This document shows, in pieces, positions 1-10,427 of a DNA stretch of 64,000 nt (position 1 is the first letter of the stretch; each line of letters opens with the position of its first letter). The notes beneath the pieces were generated by a model. That model did no database searches. It saw only the letters and a program-made list of their open reading frames with translations, and was not told the DNA's origin. The DNA lies in IMG/VR virus record IMGVR_UViG_3300029238_000243; one strand, 5' to 3'. The stretch is from a virus. The position numbers and the translations under genes are program-made.

Positions 1-1683
1 ATGAAATGGTTACGAAAAGGTGCTTATAACACCGTGAAAGAACTTGTACAAGCGAATACCGGTATGAGTGCAAATGATCTTGCGTATGATGCACGTAGTT
101 ATTATTACCCAGGAATCAAAGAAGCAGCAGAATTATTCATGGACCACATCAGACACGGATCAAAGATTCTGGTATGGTGTGATTATGACACAGATGGAGT
201 TGACTGCAAATTCATCATGAGTTATACCCTTGCGCGTCCAATGAAGATCCGCAATATTGAAATCCTTTGTCCGGGACGCTACAGTGACGGATACGGAATC
301 AAGCCATCTATCGTGGAACAGTTTGCAGGTACTGATCTTTTAGTGCTCTGTGATAACGGGATCGCAGCAATCGAAGCTGTTGACCTTGCTCGTGAAATGG
401 GAATGGATGTCATCATCCTCGATCATCATGATCCAAGAGTAATTGAAGGACAGGTTGTCATGCCGAATGCGAATGTGATAGTCGACCCACATCTTACCGG
501 TGGATATATCATGGACGGGACTGGAAATCAGATTGGTGAATTCAGGGATCTTTGCGGTGCTGGAATCACATGGTATTTCACCCATGAAGTCCGGAGTATG
601 TGTGACTGGATGAGCGATAAACAGAGATGGTATCTCGACCAGATCGCTTACATTGGAGCTACGTTTGGTACTGTTGGAGATGTCGTTGACCTAAAAGACG
701 ACAACAGAAGAATCGTTAAACAGGGTCTCACAAATCTCAACAAAGGCATGGGAACTTCCGGAATCAGACAGCTTATGTACAAGTTGTATCTGAACAACGT
801 ATCGAGTATGGATATTGGTTTCCTGATCAGTCCGATCATTAACGCCAGTGGACGACTCGAAGATACCGGAGCAAATCGTATTGCAGCACTGCTCTGTACA
901 GACGCGAACGATGAGGATGCAAAAAAAGCTCTGTATGCTGAAGTTGACCGAGCAATTGAAGTCAACAAGAAACGGAAAGCGATGACAAAGGAGTCTGTTG
1001 AACGCGTTGTTGAGAATTACGAAGCAAACGGCGGAAACGATCCGTTTATCGTCTGCTATGATGAATACACGGTTTCCGGAATCGTTGGGCTTGTAGCTTC
1101 AGAACTCGTAAATCGATATCACAGACCAGCCCTGGTGTTTGCACCATCTGGAAAAGACGACGGTGTTATCAAAGGATCCGGACGTTCGATAGAAGGTATT
1201 GGAATCAAAGGTCTTTTAGATCAGGTTCAGCAATATCTGACGACATACGGTGGACATCCAATGGCATGTGGGGCAAGTCTTTTGATCGATAATCTGGATG
1301 CTTTTGGAGACGCAGTCAACGCAATTACACCTGTTCTCGATACAAGTGACGCCATTATGTACGACCTCGAATGTACTTACACTGAAGCGGCGACAAAACT
1401 TGCAGAACAGGAACAATTTGAACCATATGGCGCTGGGAATCCACAGCCTGTTTACCGGATCAATGGCGTCGAGCTTTGTGAACCTGGATATATGGGCGGT
1501 GATTCGCAGCATGTCAAGTTCCAGACAAAGGACGCCGACATCTTGTGGTTCGACGGACGAAAAGCATACGAAGACCTTGGATCTCCAAAGATGGTAGATA
1601 TGCTTGTAACGATGAGTTATCACGAATTCAAAGATCAGGTTACCGTACAGATGCAGGTCATTGACATGAAACCTGCGGATTAA
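1..1683 (+). CDS. RecJ-like DHH-family single-strand DNA exonuclease. It starts at base 1 of the window and may be 5'-partial.
   Basis: It has the DHH phosphoesterase motifs (CDYDTDGVDC; VIILDHHDP) and RecJ-like domain order. Confidence 0.75.
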   Translation: MKWLRKGAYNTVKELVQANTGMSANDLAYDARSYYYPGIKEAAELFMDHIRHGSKILVWCDYDTDGVDCKFIMSYTLARPMKIRNIEILCPGRYSDGYGIKPSIVEQFAGTDLLVLCDNGIAAIEAVDLAREMGMDVIILDHHDPRVIEGQVVMPNANVIVDPHLTGGYIMDGTGNQIGEFRDLCGAGITWYFTHEVRSMCDWMSDKQRWYLDQIAYIGATFGTVGDVVDLKDDNRRIVKQGLTNLNKGMGTSGIRQLMYKLYLNNVSSMDIGFLISPIINASGRLEDTGANRIAALLCTDANDEDAKKALYAEVDRAIEVNKKRKAMTKESVERVVENYEANGGNDPFIVCYDEYTVSGIVGLVASELVNRYHRPALVFAPSGKDDGVIKGSGRSIEGIGIKGLLDQVQQYLTTYGGHPMACGASLLIDNLDAFGDAVNAITPVLDTSDAIMYDLECTYTEAATKLAEQEQFEPYGAGNPQPVYRINGVELCEPGYMGGDSQHVKFQTKDADILWFDGRKAYEDLGSPKMVDMLVTMSYHEFKDQVTVQMQVIDMKPAD

Positions 1684-1734
1684 AAAACAAAATAGAGTCA
1701 GCCACAAACTGGCTCTATTTTTCTATTATTTGTT

Positions 1735-1774
1735 AATTCATTGACGAGATTTCCAAAAAGTGAGCCTTATCATG
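1735..1774 (+). promoter_or_regulatory. Class-A conserved promoter-like box (ATTGACGAGATTTCCAAAAAGTGAGCCTTATCAT).
   Basis: It is one of 11 copies of the 35-nt motif, and it points into the 1920/2031 ORF. Confidence 0.45.
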
Positions 1775-1919
1775 AATGTGAAATACATATAGACAAGTAT
1801 TGGAACCAAGATTTCGGCAACACAATTTCAGGTATCATCATTGATACTCTTTCACATCTTTTGCCATAGTTCTGGCAACCAATCATACCAAAGATAACAA
1901 CGACAAAAACAGTATTAGT

Positions 1920-2660
1920 TTGCGAACATCCGGCACATATTTAGTTTCAGAACGAGAAAAGTTGTGTCTAAAGTTGTGCCTAAAATTACGCAAACAGGAG
2001 GAGGGAGCCAATAACTTTGGCGGAATTTTTATGACAACAATAGAGACACAATTTGAATCACATTTACAATCACAGGTTAACAGAGCAATTATCACAGGAA
2101 ATTGGGCACAGATTAGATATCTCTTGCAAAGACCTGGTATCAATGCTTCCGTCATTCAGGATGTATTTACGGATCTTGCAGATGGGATTGCAGACGCTTT
2201 TGCAGTAAACAAAGTACTCCAGAAATTATTAAGAGGTCCTGTATCATTGACACTCGGTGAATTTATCAGACTGCTTGATGCGGTCAATCCGGAATCATTG
2301 AATCCAGGTCAGTTATCCAGAAAAAAGATAAACGAGCTTTCGAAAGTTATGAATATCACTCCGTTTGCTGTCCGACTGCAGCAAAGATTAACAGAAAGCA
2401 ATACAAACGTGATCAACATCACAGCGAAGAAAAGTCCTGAAGTCTATATCACGAAGACATTAAAACCAATCCAGGATCTTTATGAACTTTATCAGTGGGC
2501 GAACATTCAGGATCCAAAATATTACGACACTGTCTTAAACGTAGACAATATGTTTGAGATATTAGGTGACAAAGAATCGGATCATACTATTGCCCTCAAC
2601 GACATGTTGGAGTCCGAATACGAACAGCAATTGAAAGAAACCGATCATTCCTGTGAATAG
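1920..2660 (+). CDS. Hypothetical protein. The real start may be the ATG at 2031.
   Basis: A long ORF with coding-like composition that follows a class-A box. Confidence 0.5.
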   Translation: MRTSGTYLVSEREKLCLKLCLKLRKQEEGANNFGGIFMTTIETQFESHLQSQVNRAIITGNWAQIRYLLQRPGINASVIQDVFTDLADGIADAFAVNKVLQKLLRGPVSLTLGEFIRLLDAVNPESLNPGQLSRKKINELSKVMNITPFAVRLQQRLTESNTNVINITAKKSPEVYITKTLKPIQDLYELYQWANIQDPKYYDTVLNVDNMFEILGDKESDHTIALNDMLESEYEQQLKETDHSCE

Positions 2661-2706
2661 CACTACATACACTTAGCACCGTAACAGAAAGAGAGGAAAA
2701 CAAATT

Positions 2707-4428
2707 ATGGGTTCAGGAGAAGCTCAGGTGTCCATGGCGGCACAAAGTATTAACACAACGATGAACGTAGCGAATACAACAGTACAAACACTTATGCAGC
2801 TTATGTTAAAAGAGCAGACAAAAATGCGAAATCCAGAAGCTTTAGTTGTAGATATTCGTGATCTCGACAAAGTATTGAACGGATTAAACGAAGCTGGTAT
2901 TCCATGGTCAACAAGCATGCAGCGTGTTCCGGTTTATGAAAGAGACACAAATGGTGACTATGTGCTAGGAAAAGATGGTAAACCAATTTTACTTGGTTTC
3001 GAAGAAACGCCAGCGAGAACACCAGATGGTATGAGTTGTATTATCATGGTCAGCGGACATGACAGACCAATGTTAGACCCTGATACGGGAGATGTTATAT
3101 TAACCAGCAAAGGAAACACAAAGATGGTCGGCGGCGATATTGATAAAGCTGTTATGATCAGAAATACGGTCCGCGAAGAACGTATGAGAGAAAACTTAGT
3201 AGGATTCAATCTTGGAAACGATGAAGTCTATCAGGGGGATTATGTAAAATTTGAGTTTCCGGGTCTGGAATCCAGATCCCGGTTTGCAGATGCATTTGGT
3301 TCTGCTTTCTCGTTAAAATGTGTGATTCCGGAAGATTTTAATGACCATTCCATTTATGTCAGACAGGACGCCTTTGAAGAAGGCTTGAATGGAGAACACT
3401 CTCCGGCTGCCAGAGCATTAAAGGAATACTATTTTAAAGAGCAGTTTCCGGAATATGCTGATTATCTGAATCGAACAGACAGAGATCTAAACACAATGAT
3501 GGAGCGTGTAAACAAAGCAGCACTTGATCCAGGTCTGATTATCAGATTTGAGAATCCATTCGAAACCGAAGAACTTTCAGCCTGTACAGAAGAGGACTTA
3601 AAAAACGATATCATCTATGTCAAAGATCAGCGTGGATATATCAATATTCCGGATATGAACGGAGATATGCCGGATCCTATTGATCTGACAACTGAAAATG
3701 GACGAAATGCTTTTGTATATTCAGCTCGTAAACTTGGTTATCTGTATTCATTTGAGGGACTGCAGCCAACAGAGGAACAGATCCATGATTTTGCAATCAG
3801 ATCTTGCCATGATAAAGAATTCCTCGCATTCCAGAACGATATTGCAAGTTTGGGTGCTTATTATGAAAACTATATTAACGACAACATCAAACTTGATTTC
3901 AAAGACGGCGACAAATCAGTGGATCCACAAAGAGGTGCGACATGGTCAAACATTGAAGTGCGGATCGATAATATGGCGCTCGTTGGTCATGTAAACATTG
4001 ATATTTCACCGACAGATCCAGATAAAGATCAAAAATCAGCAACCGCAGCAGATCTTAACGAAAAGATCAGAACTGTAAAAGAGACATCTCTGGAACAAAA
4101 TCTTACGGTTACTATTGTGGACGGCAAATCTTTATCCGCAAATCTGTATGCAAATGGTTTGGTTCGGAATTCAGATGATATTGCAATCAAGAATGAAGAT
4201 GTTATTTCTGGAACTATAAGAGGAGATCGCAGAGATGCACTCGATGCATTCCAGCAAATGTATCTCAATAACGAAGATTCAGGACACGACAGAGATATTC
4301 CTGATGAGGAACCAAATAATCAGGATATAGATATTAGCAATTCATTTCTTGATGAAACTGGAGAACCGATTCCATATGATCAGGATGACATCGATCACGA
4401 CGACGATAGTTCAACACTTCAGCTCTAA
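2707..4428 (+). CDS. Hypothetical 573-aa protein with an acidic, D-rich C-terminus.
   Basis: A long ORF with an RBS (gagaggaaaacaaattATG). Confidence 0.6.
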   Translation: MGSGEAQVSMAAQSINTTMNVANTTVQTLMQLMLKEQTKMRNPEALVVDIRDLDKVLNGLNEAGIPWSTSMQRVPVYERDTNGDYVLGKDGKPILLGFEETPARTPDGMSCIIMVSGHDRPMLDPDTGDVILTSKGNTKMVGGDIDKAVMIRNTVREERMRENLVGFNLGNDEVYQGDYVKFEFPGLESRSRFADAFGSAFSLKCVIPEDFNDHSIYVRQDAFEEGLNGEHSPAARALKEYYFKEQFPEYADYLNRTDRDLNTMMERVNKAALDPGLIIRFENPFETEELSACTEEDLKNDIIYVKDQRGYINIPDMNGDMPDPIDLTTENGRNAFVYSARKLGYLYSFEGLQPTEEQIHDFAIRSCHDKEFLAFQNDIASLGAYYENYINDNIKLDFKDGDKSVDPQRGATWSNIEVRIDNMALVGHVNIDISPTDPDKDQKSATAADLNEKIRTVKETSLEQNLTVTIVDGKSLSANLYANGLVRNSDDIAIKNEDVISGTIRGDRRDALDAFQQMYLNNEDSGHDRDIPDEEPNNQDIDISNSFLDETGEPIPYDQDDIDHDDDSSTLQL

Positions 4429-4451
4429 TTGGAAACGAGTATCAGAATGCA

Positions 4452-4490
4452 GAAAAAGAGGAGACATTTCATTGTCTCCTCTTCTTTTCA
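4452..4490. terminator. Bidirectional rho-independent terminator between convergent genes.
   Basis: The hairpin AAAAAGAGGAGACA-TTTCATT-GTCTCCTCTTCTTTT. Confidence 0.5.
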
Positions 4491-5618
4491 TTCTTTGTGT
4501 TCTGTTTCTTTTTGCTCATCTGGATCTCCAAGCTTTTTCGCAGCCTCTTCCAGTTTTAATTTAAGGATTTCTAAACGTGCAGATATTTCTGGCAACGCTC
4601 TCGATTTCTCTGACATTTTTTCAAGCGCCTTAAGATCGTTAATAACCTTATCAATCATGTTGTTTGATCTTGTTAACGCCCTCATTCGTTTCATTTCAGC
4701 ATTCGATAACGATGACATAATCTCTTTTTGTTCCGCTTGCATTTCGTTGATTTTTGATTCTGCAAGTTCGCGTTCCTTTTCATTGCTTGCTTCTTCTTTC
4801 AGCTGCTCGAACGCCTTAATCTTTTTATCCGTATAATCAAGTCTTTCGTTTGCCGCTTCTTTTGTCTTCTGTAACTCTCGTGCTGCCTGAATATCATCCT
4901 CTGTCAGTTTGCCTTCTTCTTTTAAAACCTCAGCAAGCATCATCTGCTCCGTCTCTCCGAATCCAGCAATTTCCGCAGCCGTATTAATGGTAATTATTTT
5001 GTTTTCCCAAGCTTCGCGTAATTCCGGATTCAGTTTTGTGATTGCGATATACTTATAAATCTGACGTTCCGTCATCCTGTAAGAGTCTGCAATCTTTTTC
5101 GATACACGTTCATCGTCACCGTCTGTATTTTTCATTTCATACAACTCCAATAAACGTTGAATATCTTTGATGTTCTTTTCTAAAGTCTGCGTACGAACCT
5201 GAGCATTTGCTTCGATCAAGGCGATTTCTTCATCGACTTTTGACATTTCTGGCCTCACATGACACGGAAGCAAAGCCCCAGGAAATTGTTCTTTGAATTT
5301 ATCCGGATACTCATCACGAATCAAACGGCAGGCTCTTAATCGTCTTTCTCCAGAAATTAGCCGGACCTCTCCGTTTTCGTTTTCCTTTGTTGTTACAAAG
5401 TTGTGAAATAATCCGTTTTCCATAATACTGAACGCTAGAGACTGAATATCAATTTGATCGAATCTCTCATTCAGTTCGTTTGTAATAATTTTATCGATGT
5501 TGATATAGCGCATTCCGTATGCATTGCTCGCTCTTTGTTCATCAATATTTGTTGAACCCGGAAGCTTTCCGGATGATGTTACGCCCGGCATAAACTTAGG
5601 TCGTGTTGTTGTACTCAT
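4488..5618 (-). CDS. parB: ParB-like partition / nuclease-domain protein.
   Basis: It has the ParB/Srx motif LISGERRLRACRL and a coiled-coil Lys/Glu-rich C-terminus. It overlaps parA by 4 nt. Confidence 0.8.
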   Translation of the reverse strand: MSTTTRPKFMPGVTSSGKLPGSTNIDEQRASNAYGMRYINIDKIITNELNERFDQIDIQSLAFSIMENGLFHNFVTTKENENGEVRLISGERRLRACRLIRDEYPDKFKEQFPGALLPCHVRPEMSKVDEEIALIEANAQVRTQTLEKNIKDIQRLLELYEMKNTDGDDERVSKKIADSYRMTERQIYKYIAITKLNPELREAWENKIITINTAAEIAGFGETEQMMLAEVLKEEGKLTEDDIQAARELQKTKEAANERLDYTDKKIKAFEQLKEEASNEKERELAESKINEMQAEQKEIMSSLSNAEMKRMRALTRSNNMIDKVINDLKALEKMSEKSRALPEISARLEILKLKLEEAAKKLGDPDEQKETEHKE

Positions 5619-6535
5619 GTTTTGTTTGCTCCTTTCTTCGTCGATTTCTTATTTGTTTTCTTTTTCGAATTAGTTCCGTTCTGAAATTTTCGTACTTTTA
5701 TGAATTGACGTCCGTCCAAATAATCAATAGCTTTTAAAAGATCCATATAATCGTTCACACATTCGTTTCTCTTATTAGGAGACAACATCAACGGAACGAA
5801 ATCGGTACTTGACTTTGCTAAAACTTCAGACATTCTTATTGGAGTCGGAAGGAACATGTCATTGAGCATTTCCGCATACCCTGCAAACATATCTTTTGCT
5901 CTGTTTGTGCGTGATTTCACTTTTGTCATAAAAACATATGCCTTTTTCTTTTCGTGAAGCTCGTAATACGTTTCGATTTCTGCTGCCATGTTGACAATTT
6001 TAACAACAGATTGGTATCCGAAGTTATCCGCCTCAATTGGGCACAAAATAGTATCGCAAGCGATACCGAGTGCTGATGAAAGTGTTGTGATCGCCGGAGA
6101 ACAATCAATAACAATATGATCGTACTTAGTTCCAGCAATTTGTAATAAATTATTTCGGAAACACATGATTGCATTCGCATTTTCATTATGATTCACTTCG
6201 TCATACAGATCATAGTGTAGTGACTCGATGTCATCACATGTTGGAACTATGTCAAGGTTTTCTAGTTTTGATGGAATGATCGTTTTCTCTACTTCTTCTA
6301 ACGTCAAGTCTTTAAGAACCAGGTCTCTCATTGATACTTCCGGAACTTGTTCAATATTCTTCGCCATCATATCGGTACAATTTCTTTGGAAATCCATGTC
6401 AACAATCAACACACGTTGTCCTGATATCGCAAGTATTTGGGCAATCATTGCAGTACTCGTTGTTTTGCCAACGCCGCCCTTGCTACTTTCTATTGCTGTG
6501 ATATGATATGTTTTTTGTTCTGCATTTGTGTTCAA
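5615..6535 (-). CDS. parA: ParA/Soj-family partition ATPase with a TTG start.
   Basis: It has the deviant Walker A motif KGGVGKTT, and an AGGAGGG sequence lies 9 nt upstream of the TTG. Confidence 0.85.
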   Translation of the reverse strand: MNTNAEQKTYHITAIESSKGGVGKTTSTAMIAQILAISGQRVLIVDMDFQRNCTDMMAKNIEQVPEVSMRDLVLKDLTLEEVEKTIIPSKLENLDIVPTCDDIESLHYDLYDEVNHNENANAIMCFRNNLLQIAGTKYDHIVIDCSPAITTLSSALGIACDTILCPIEADNFGYQSVVKIVNMAAEIETYYELHEKKKAYVFMTKVKSRTNRAKDMFAGYAEMLNDMFLPTPIRMSEVLAKSSTDFVPLMLSPNKRNECVNDYMDLLKAIDYLDGRQFIKVRKFQNGTNSKKKTNKKSTKKGANKT

Positions 6536-6599
6536 TGTATTGATCCCTCCTTTTTATAACTCAACAGTATAATGGATTCCCCCGCAGTTTGCAAGGTTT

Positions 6600-7410
6600 T
6601 TCCTGTTTGAACTAATACAATTTTCGTACACATTGTGATGTTTCATTTGTTTTGGTTTCGTTTGTTCTTTTTCCGTATGTTTTGAACTAATACGAATCAC
6701 TGAGTTTAGAAACATAAAAGAGAAGCCATAATGTTTCATAATGTTTGAATGCTATGATCGTTTCCTATTCTTTGTTTCCGCATATCAAGAACCAGTACAA
6801 AGTATGCGATTGTTTGGAAGCAGAATGCCGGAAACAGACCAGGTAACAGGTTCTGGATTTGTATTAGTTTAATTCCTATCATTTACCATTAGGGTGTTAC
6901 TTCGAACTAGTACTACGACCATGTTTATTGGTTGAATCAGCATTTGAATCAGTTCGTCAGTGTACAATGTTATGTTTATATCATTTTTGAACTAGTTCAA
7001 TGCAAATTCAATACTACTTCAATTTGACTTCAATTAAACTTCAATATAGTTCCCTCAAATCACAGGTAAAGAACTGGTTCAAGGTTTTTAATATTGTTTC
7101 TTTTCCGATTTTGAACTAGTTCAAATATAATTTGTTAATAAAAATATCTATTTTCGAATTGGTTCAGTTTAAGGGTTAACTAAACTTTAAGTCAAAGTTA
7201 TGTCACGAAACACAAGTGAAAGGCAATAGAACTAATGCAAACGGTGTCATTTTATCAAAAACAGGTAAATTGTATTAATTCAAATCGGCGTTTTGTGTAA
7301 TTTGAGATACTTTGAACGAATACAATAACAGTTTTCAGGGCATCGGTACCAGATATAACGACATCCTTATTAGTTGAGTCGAAAAATATCAGTATTGGAA
7401 CTAATACAAA
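6600..7410. repeat. Array of about 11 parS/centromere-like sites (TTGAACTAGTTCAA palindrome and half-site variants GAACTAATAC).
   Basis: Copies lie near 6607, 6684, 6861 (inverted), 6902, 6988, 7070, 7111, 7156, 7229, 7312 and 7397 in a roughly 1-kb non-coding stretch just upstream of parAB. Confidence 0.55.
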
Positions 7411-7436
7411 TGGCGAATAGTCTGAACAAATTTCCG

Positions 7437-7476
7437 ATTTCCTGACGAGTTTTCTAAAATGTGAGCCTTGTTAGTT
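7437..7476 (+). promoter_or_regulatory. Class-A promoter-like box upstream of the sigma-factor gene.
   Basis: TTTCCTGACGAGTTTTCTAAAATGTGAGCCTTGTTAG. Confidence 0.45.
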
Positions 7477-7495
7477 GTAAAAGAAAGGATTGTCG

Positions 7496-7532
7496 CATAT
7501 TTGTTTGCAATATAAGTATCCATATTTAGGAT
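7496..7532 (+). promoter_or_regulatory. Class-B promoter-like box (CCATATTTAGG), placed in tandem after the class-A box.
   Basis: CATATTTAG lies 55 bp upstream of the ATG at 7582. The same decamer recurs about 18 times in the window, always oriented toward a start codon. Confidence 0.4.
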
Positions 7533-7581
7533 AACAAGATAAGTGAGCACAATATGTTGTATTTGAGAGAAGGAGAATATT

Positions 7582-8610
7582 ATGAGTAAACAGCAGGTAA
7601 GCAACAAGGAATTACAAGCACAAGATACTACTGTTATGCTTGAGAAATATATAGAAGACGAATTAATCGAATCCGAAATGGATAAATGTAAAGAAGATGA
7701 TCAGTATGTATCTGAGTATGAATATGATGAGTCTGATACTTCCGTATCCAATGATGCCATGACAGATTATATGAAACAAATTGGCAACATTAAGATCATG
7801 ACTTCAGAAGAAGAGGTTGCATGTTTTAAACGATTTGAAAGCGGAGACAGAGAGGCTTACGATGAGATTTTCAACCGCAACCTGAAGCTTGTTGTCTCTA
7901 TTGCGAAGAAATATTTTTTAGTTGCAACGAATATGGATCCACTTGATGTCGTTATGGATGGTAATATCGGTTTAATGATAGCAATTCGTAGATTTGACTA
8001 CAGAAGAGGGTATAAGTTTTCAACGTATGCTTCCTGGTGGATCAAACAAACAATCACGAGAGCGATATACAATAACAATAACATGATTAGAATTCCAATA
8101 CACGCAAACGAAGGATTACACAGATACCGTAAACTTATGGAAGAATTGGCGCAATCTGGAAAGCCGGAGCCGCCGGTCAGAGAGATTGCAAAGACAATTA
8201 ATGTTACTGAAGAACAAGTTCTAATCTTTCGAAATATCGTAAACGGAATGGTGAATCCTTCTTCCTTAAACAAACTTGCAAATCAAGAAGAAGATGCTGA
8301 TACAGAGATTCAGGATTTAGTATCTTCCAATATAAACATCGAAAACGAATATATGAACCAGGATCTTAGAGAAACTTTATTTGAAATACTAGATCAATGG
8401 ATAACGAAATATCCAGGAAAAGACAAAGAAAGACAGAGACAGATCATTATAAGGCGTTTTGGTTTAGAGACAGGATCTCCAGAAACCCTGGAAATGATAG
8501 GAGCGGACTACGGCATCACAAGAGAGCGTGTTCGTCAGATTGAGTTGAAGTTCATCCGGTATGCAAGATTACCAAAAAACAAACGAGTATTAAAAGAGTA
8601 CATCGAGTAA
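7582..8610 (+). CDS. Sigma-70 family RNA polymerase sigma factor.
   Basis: It has the region 2 motif FSTYASWWIKQTITRAI and a region 4 HTH (GADYGITRERVRQIELK). Confidence 0.85.
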   Translation: MSKQQVSNKELQAQDTTVMLEKYIEDELIESEMDKCKEDDQYVSEYEYDESDTSVSNDAMTDYMKQIGNIKIMTSEEEVACFKRFESGDREAYDEIFNRNLKLVVSIAKKYFLVATNMDPLDVVMDGNIGLMIAIRRFDYRRGYKFSTYASWWIKQTITRAIYNNNNMIRIPIHANEGLHRYRKLMEELAQSGKPEPPVREIAKTINVTEEQVLIFRNIVNGMVNPSSLNKLANQEEDADTEIQDLVSSNINIENEYMNQDLRETLFEILDQWITKYPGKDKERQRQIIIRRFGLETGSPETLEMIGADYGITRERVRQIELKFIRYARLPKNKRVLKEYIE

Positions 8611-8671
8611 CTTTGTGTGTTCATATAACATATTTAAAGTAAAAGATCACACAATAAAGGAGGAACAAAAT

Positions 8672-9208
8672 ATGTTATATGTATTCATTGGTAAATCAGC
8701 TGCCGGAAAAGATTATTTGTATCATGAATTTCTAAACTCTCATCCGGATGTCAAAGAGGTTGTTTCTTATACAACAAGACCACCTCGACCAGGAGAAGTT
8801 GATGGTATTGACTATCATTTTGTATCAGAAAGAGAGTTTATGGAAATAGTTCAAAATAATCAAATTTTGGAATACCGTTCTTATAAAACAAAGATGAATG
8901 GTGTTGCTGCAATTTGGTATTATGGATCACCAAGACTGACAGATATAAATGATGTCGATTATGCTGTCGTTCTCGATCCAGACGGAGCCAGAACAGTAGT
9001 GACCGAATATGGCGCAGAAAACTGTATGGTCACATATATAACAGCTCCAGATGCATTGAGACTCGAAAGAGCAAGAAAACGAAGCGGATTTGACCAGACA
9101 GAATGGGATAGAAGATTTCCTGATGACAATGCACGATTCAACGATGAAATGGTGACCGAGTTCAAAGAGGTTCTCGGAGATCACTTTAAAGTAATCGTAA
9201 ACAACTAG
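8672..9208 (+). CDS. Guanylate-kinase-like nucleoside monophosphate kinase.
   Basis: It has the P-loop GKSAAGKD and the GMP-kinase signature TTRPPRPGEVDGIDYHFV, with the RBS aaggaggaacaaaatATG. Confidence 0.7.
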   Translation: MLYVFIGKSAAGKDYLYHEFLNSHPDVKEVVSYTTRPPRPGEVDGIDYHFVSEREFMEIVQNNQILEYRSYKTKMNGVAAIWYYGSPRLTDINDVDYAVVLDPDGARTVVTEYGAENCMVTYITAPDALRLERARKRSGFDQTEWDRRFPDDNARFNDEMVTEFKEVLGDHFKVIVNN

Positions 9209-9301
9209 TAAAAACAGAAGAGGAGAGGAAATTATGTTTCGTTTCCTCTTCTTGAATTTGAAAGGAGTTAGACAGGTTTGTTTGAAAAGGAGAAAAGCGA
9301 T

Positions 9302-10414
9302 ATGTATTTAATGCACAAAAACAAGTTTGTTGCAAAGTTAATAACCTATCAGGGCGTGATCATAGGCGTAAGCGAAGTGTATAACGAAAAACTGCTTCCG
9401 ATTGGGATGCAGGGTAGTGTAAAATTTGCAGACTGGAAAATTCTGACATGGTTAACGAATAGGATGATTCCAAGAACCAGAACAAACATTGAAGAAATCG
9501 AAGACGAGAAAACAGTGTGGGAATATCTAAAAGATAACCATGGATTGTCTATGAATGATTGTTATTGGTTCCAGGATGTGTACACAAAAGAAGTATTATC
9601 TTGGAATGATATCAATTTCAGAGATAACGGTTACTTAAGTAAACTTCGTAGTTTTCACAAAAATACTTCTGATGATCAGCATCCATCCATTTTGTCGCCG
9701 GATTATGCAACGCCTGGAGTTTTAGAAAAGTATTGGTTTCGAAAAAATGGGCGCGATTATCTGACGAAATATGGATGGATGCCAGGTGCCCCGAGCGAAT
9801 CTGTTCTGGCAGCAAATGAGGTCGCCGTTACTCAAATTGCGAATATTCTTGGAATTCCATGCGTACAGTACGAGCAATCTATCACAGACGCCGAATACAC
9901 GTGCGTAAGTGAATGTTTCAGTAAAAGAAACGAAGACATTGTAACCGGAAAGAACATAATGGATCAGTTGAATTCTTATAATCCAATCGACATTATGTCA
10001 TATGCAAATAACCTTGGCTATAAAAAAGAGATCGATCAAATGATGATCCTTGATGTTCTTGTCGGAAACCACGATAGACATCTTTCTAATCTTGCATTTG
10101 GTATGGATGCCGATACAAGAGAATTCACGAGGTTTATTCCATTGTATGATAACGGAAGTTGTCTTGGCTGGAATAGAATGCCTTATGAAGCTTTGATTAT
10201 AAAACCGCTGGATTTGCGACCTGAAGAGGCAATCGGTTTTGTGAATACATATGTTGAGCTTCCGGACATTCGTATCCTGATTAACTGTGTCCGGTATGTA
10301 TATAATAATTATCAGATTCCTGAAGAACAGACTGAAATCGCAATCCAGACACTAACAAGCGGATACAAAGTCGTATGGGATGCGATGCAGGAACTGAAGA
10401 ATAAATCCAGGTAA
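9302..10414 (+). CDS. HipA-like serine/threonine kinase-domain protein.
   Basis: It has the HipA C-terminal catalytic motifs VLVGNHDRHLSNLAF and FIPLYDNGS. Confidence 0.6.
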   Translation: MYLMHKNKFVAKLITYQGVIIGVSEVYNEKLLPIGMQGSVKFADWKILTWLTNRMIPRTRTNIEEIEDEKTVWEYLKDNHGLSMNDCYWFQDVYTKEVLSWNDINFRDNGYLSKLRSFHKNTSDDQHPSILSPDYATPGVLEKYWFRKNGRDYLTKYGWMPGAPSESVLAANEVAVTQIANILGIPCVQYEQSITDAEYTCVSECFSKRNEDIVTGKNIMDQLNSYNPIDIMSYANNLGYKKEIDQMMILDVLVGNHDRHLSNLAFGMDADTREFTRFIPLYDNGSCLGWNRMPYEALIIKPLDLRPEEAIGFVNTYVELPDIRILINCVRYVYNNYQIPEEQTEIAIQTLTSGYKVVWDAMQELKNKSR

Positions 10415-10427
10415 GGGAGGATTCAAT

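Noticed and set aside
4429-4836. A Ser/Phe-rich plus-strand ORF of 135 aa.
   Set aside because: It is antisense to the parB coding region and has low-complexity content.
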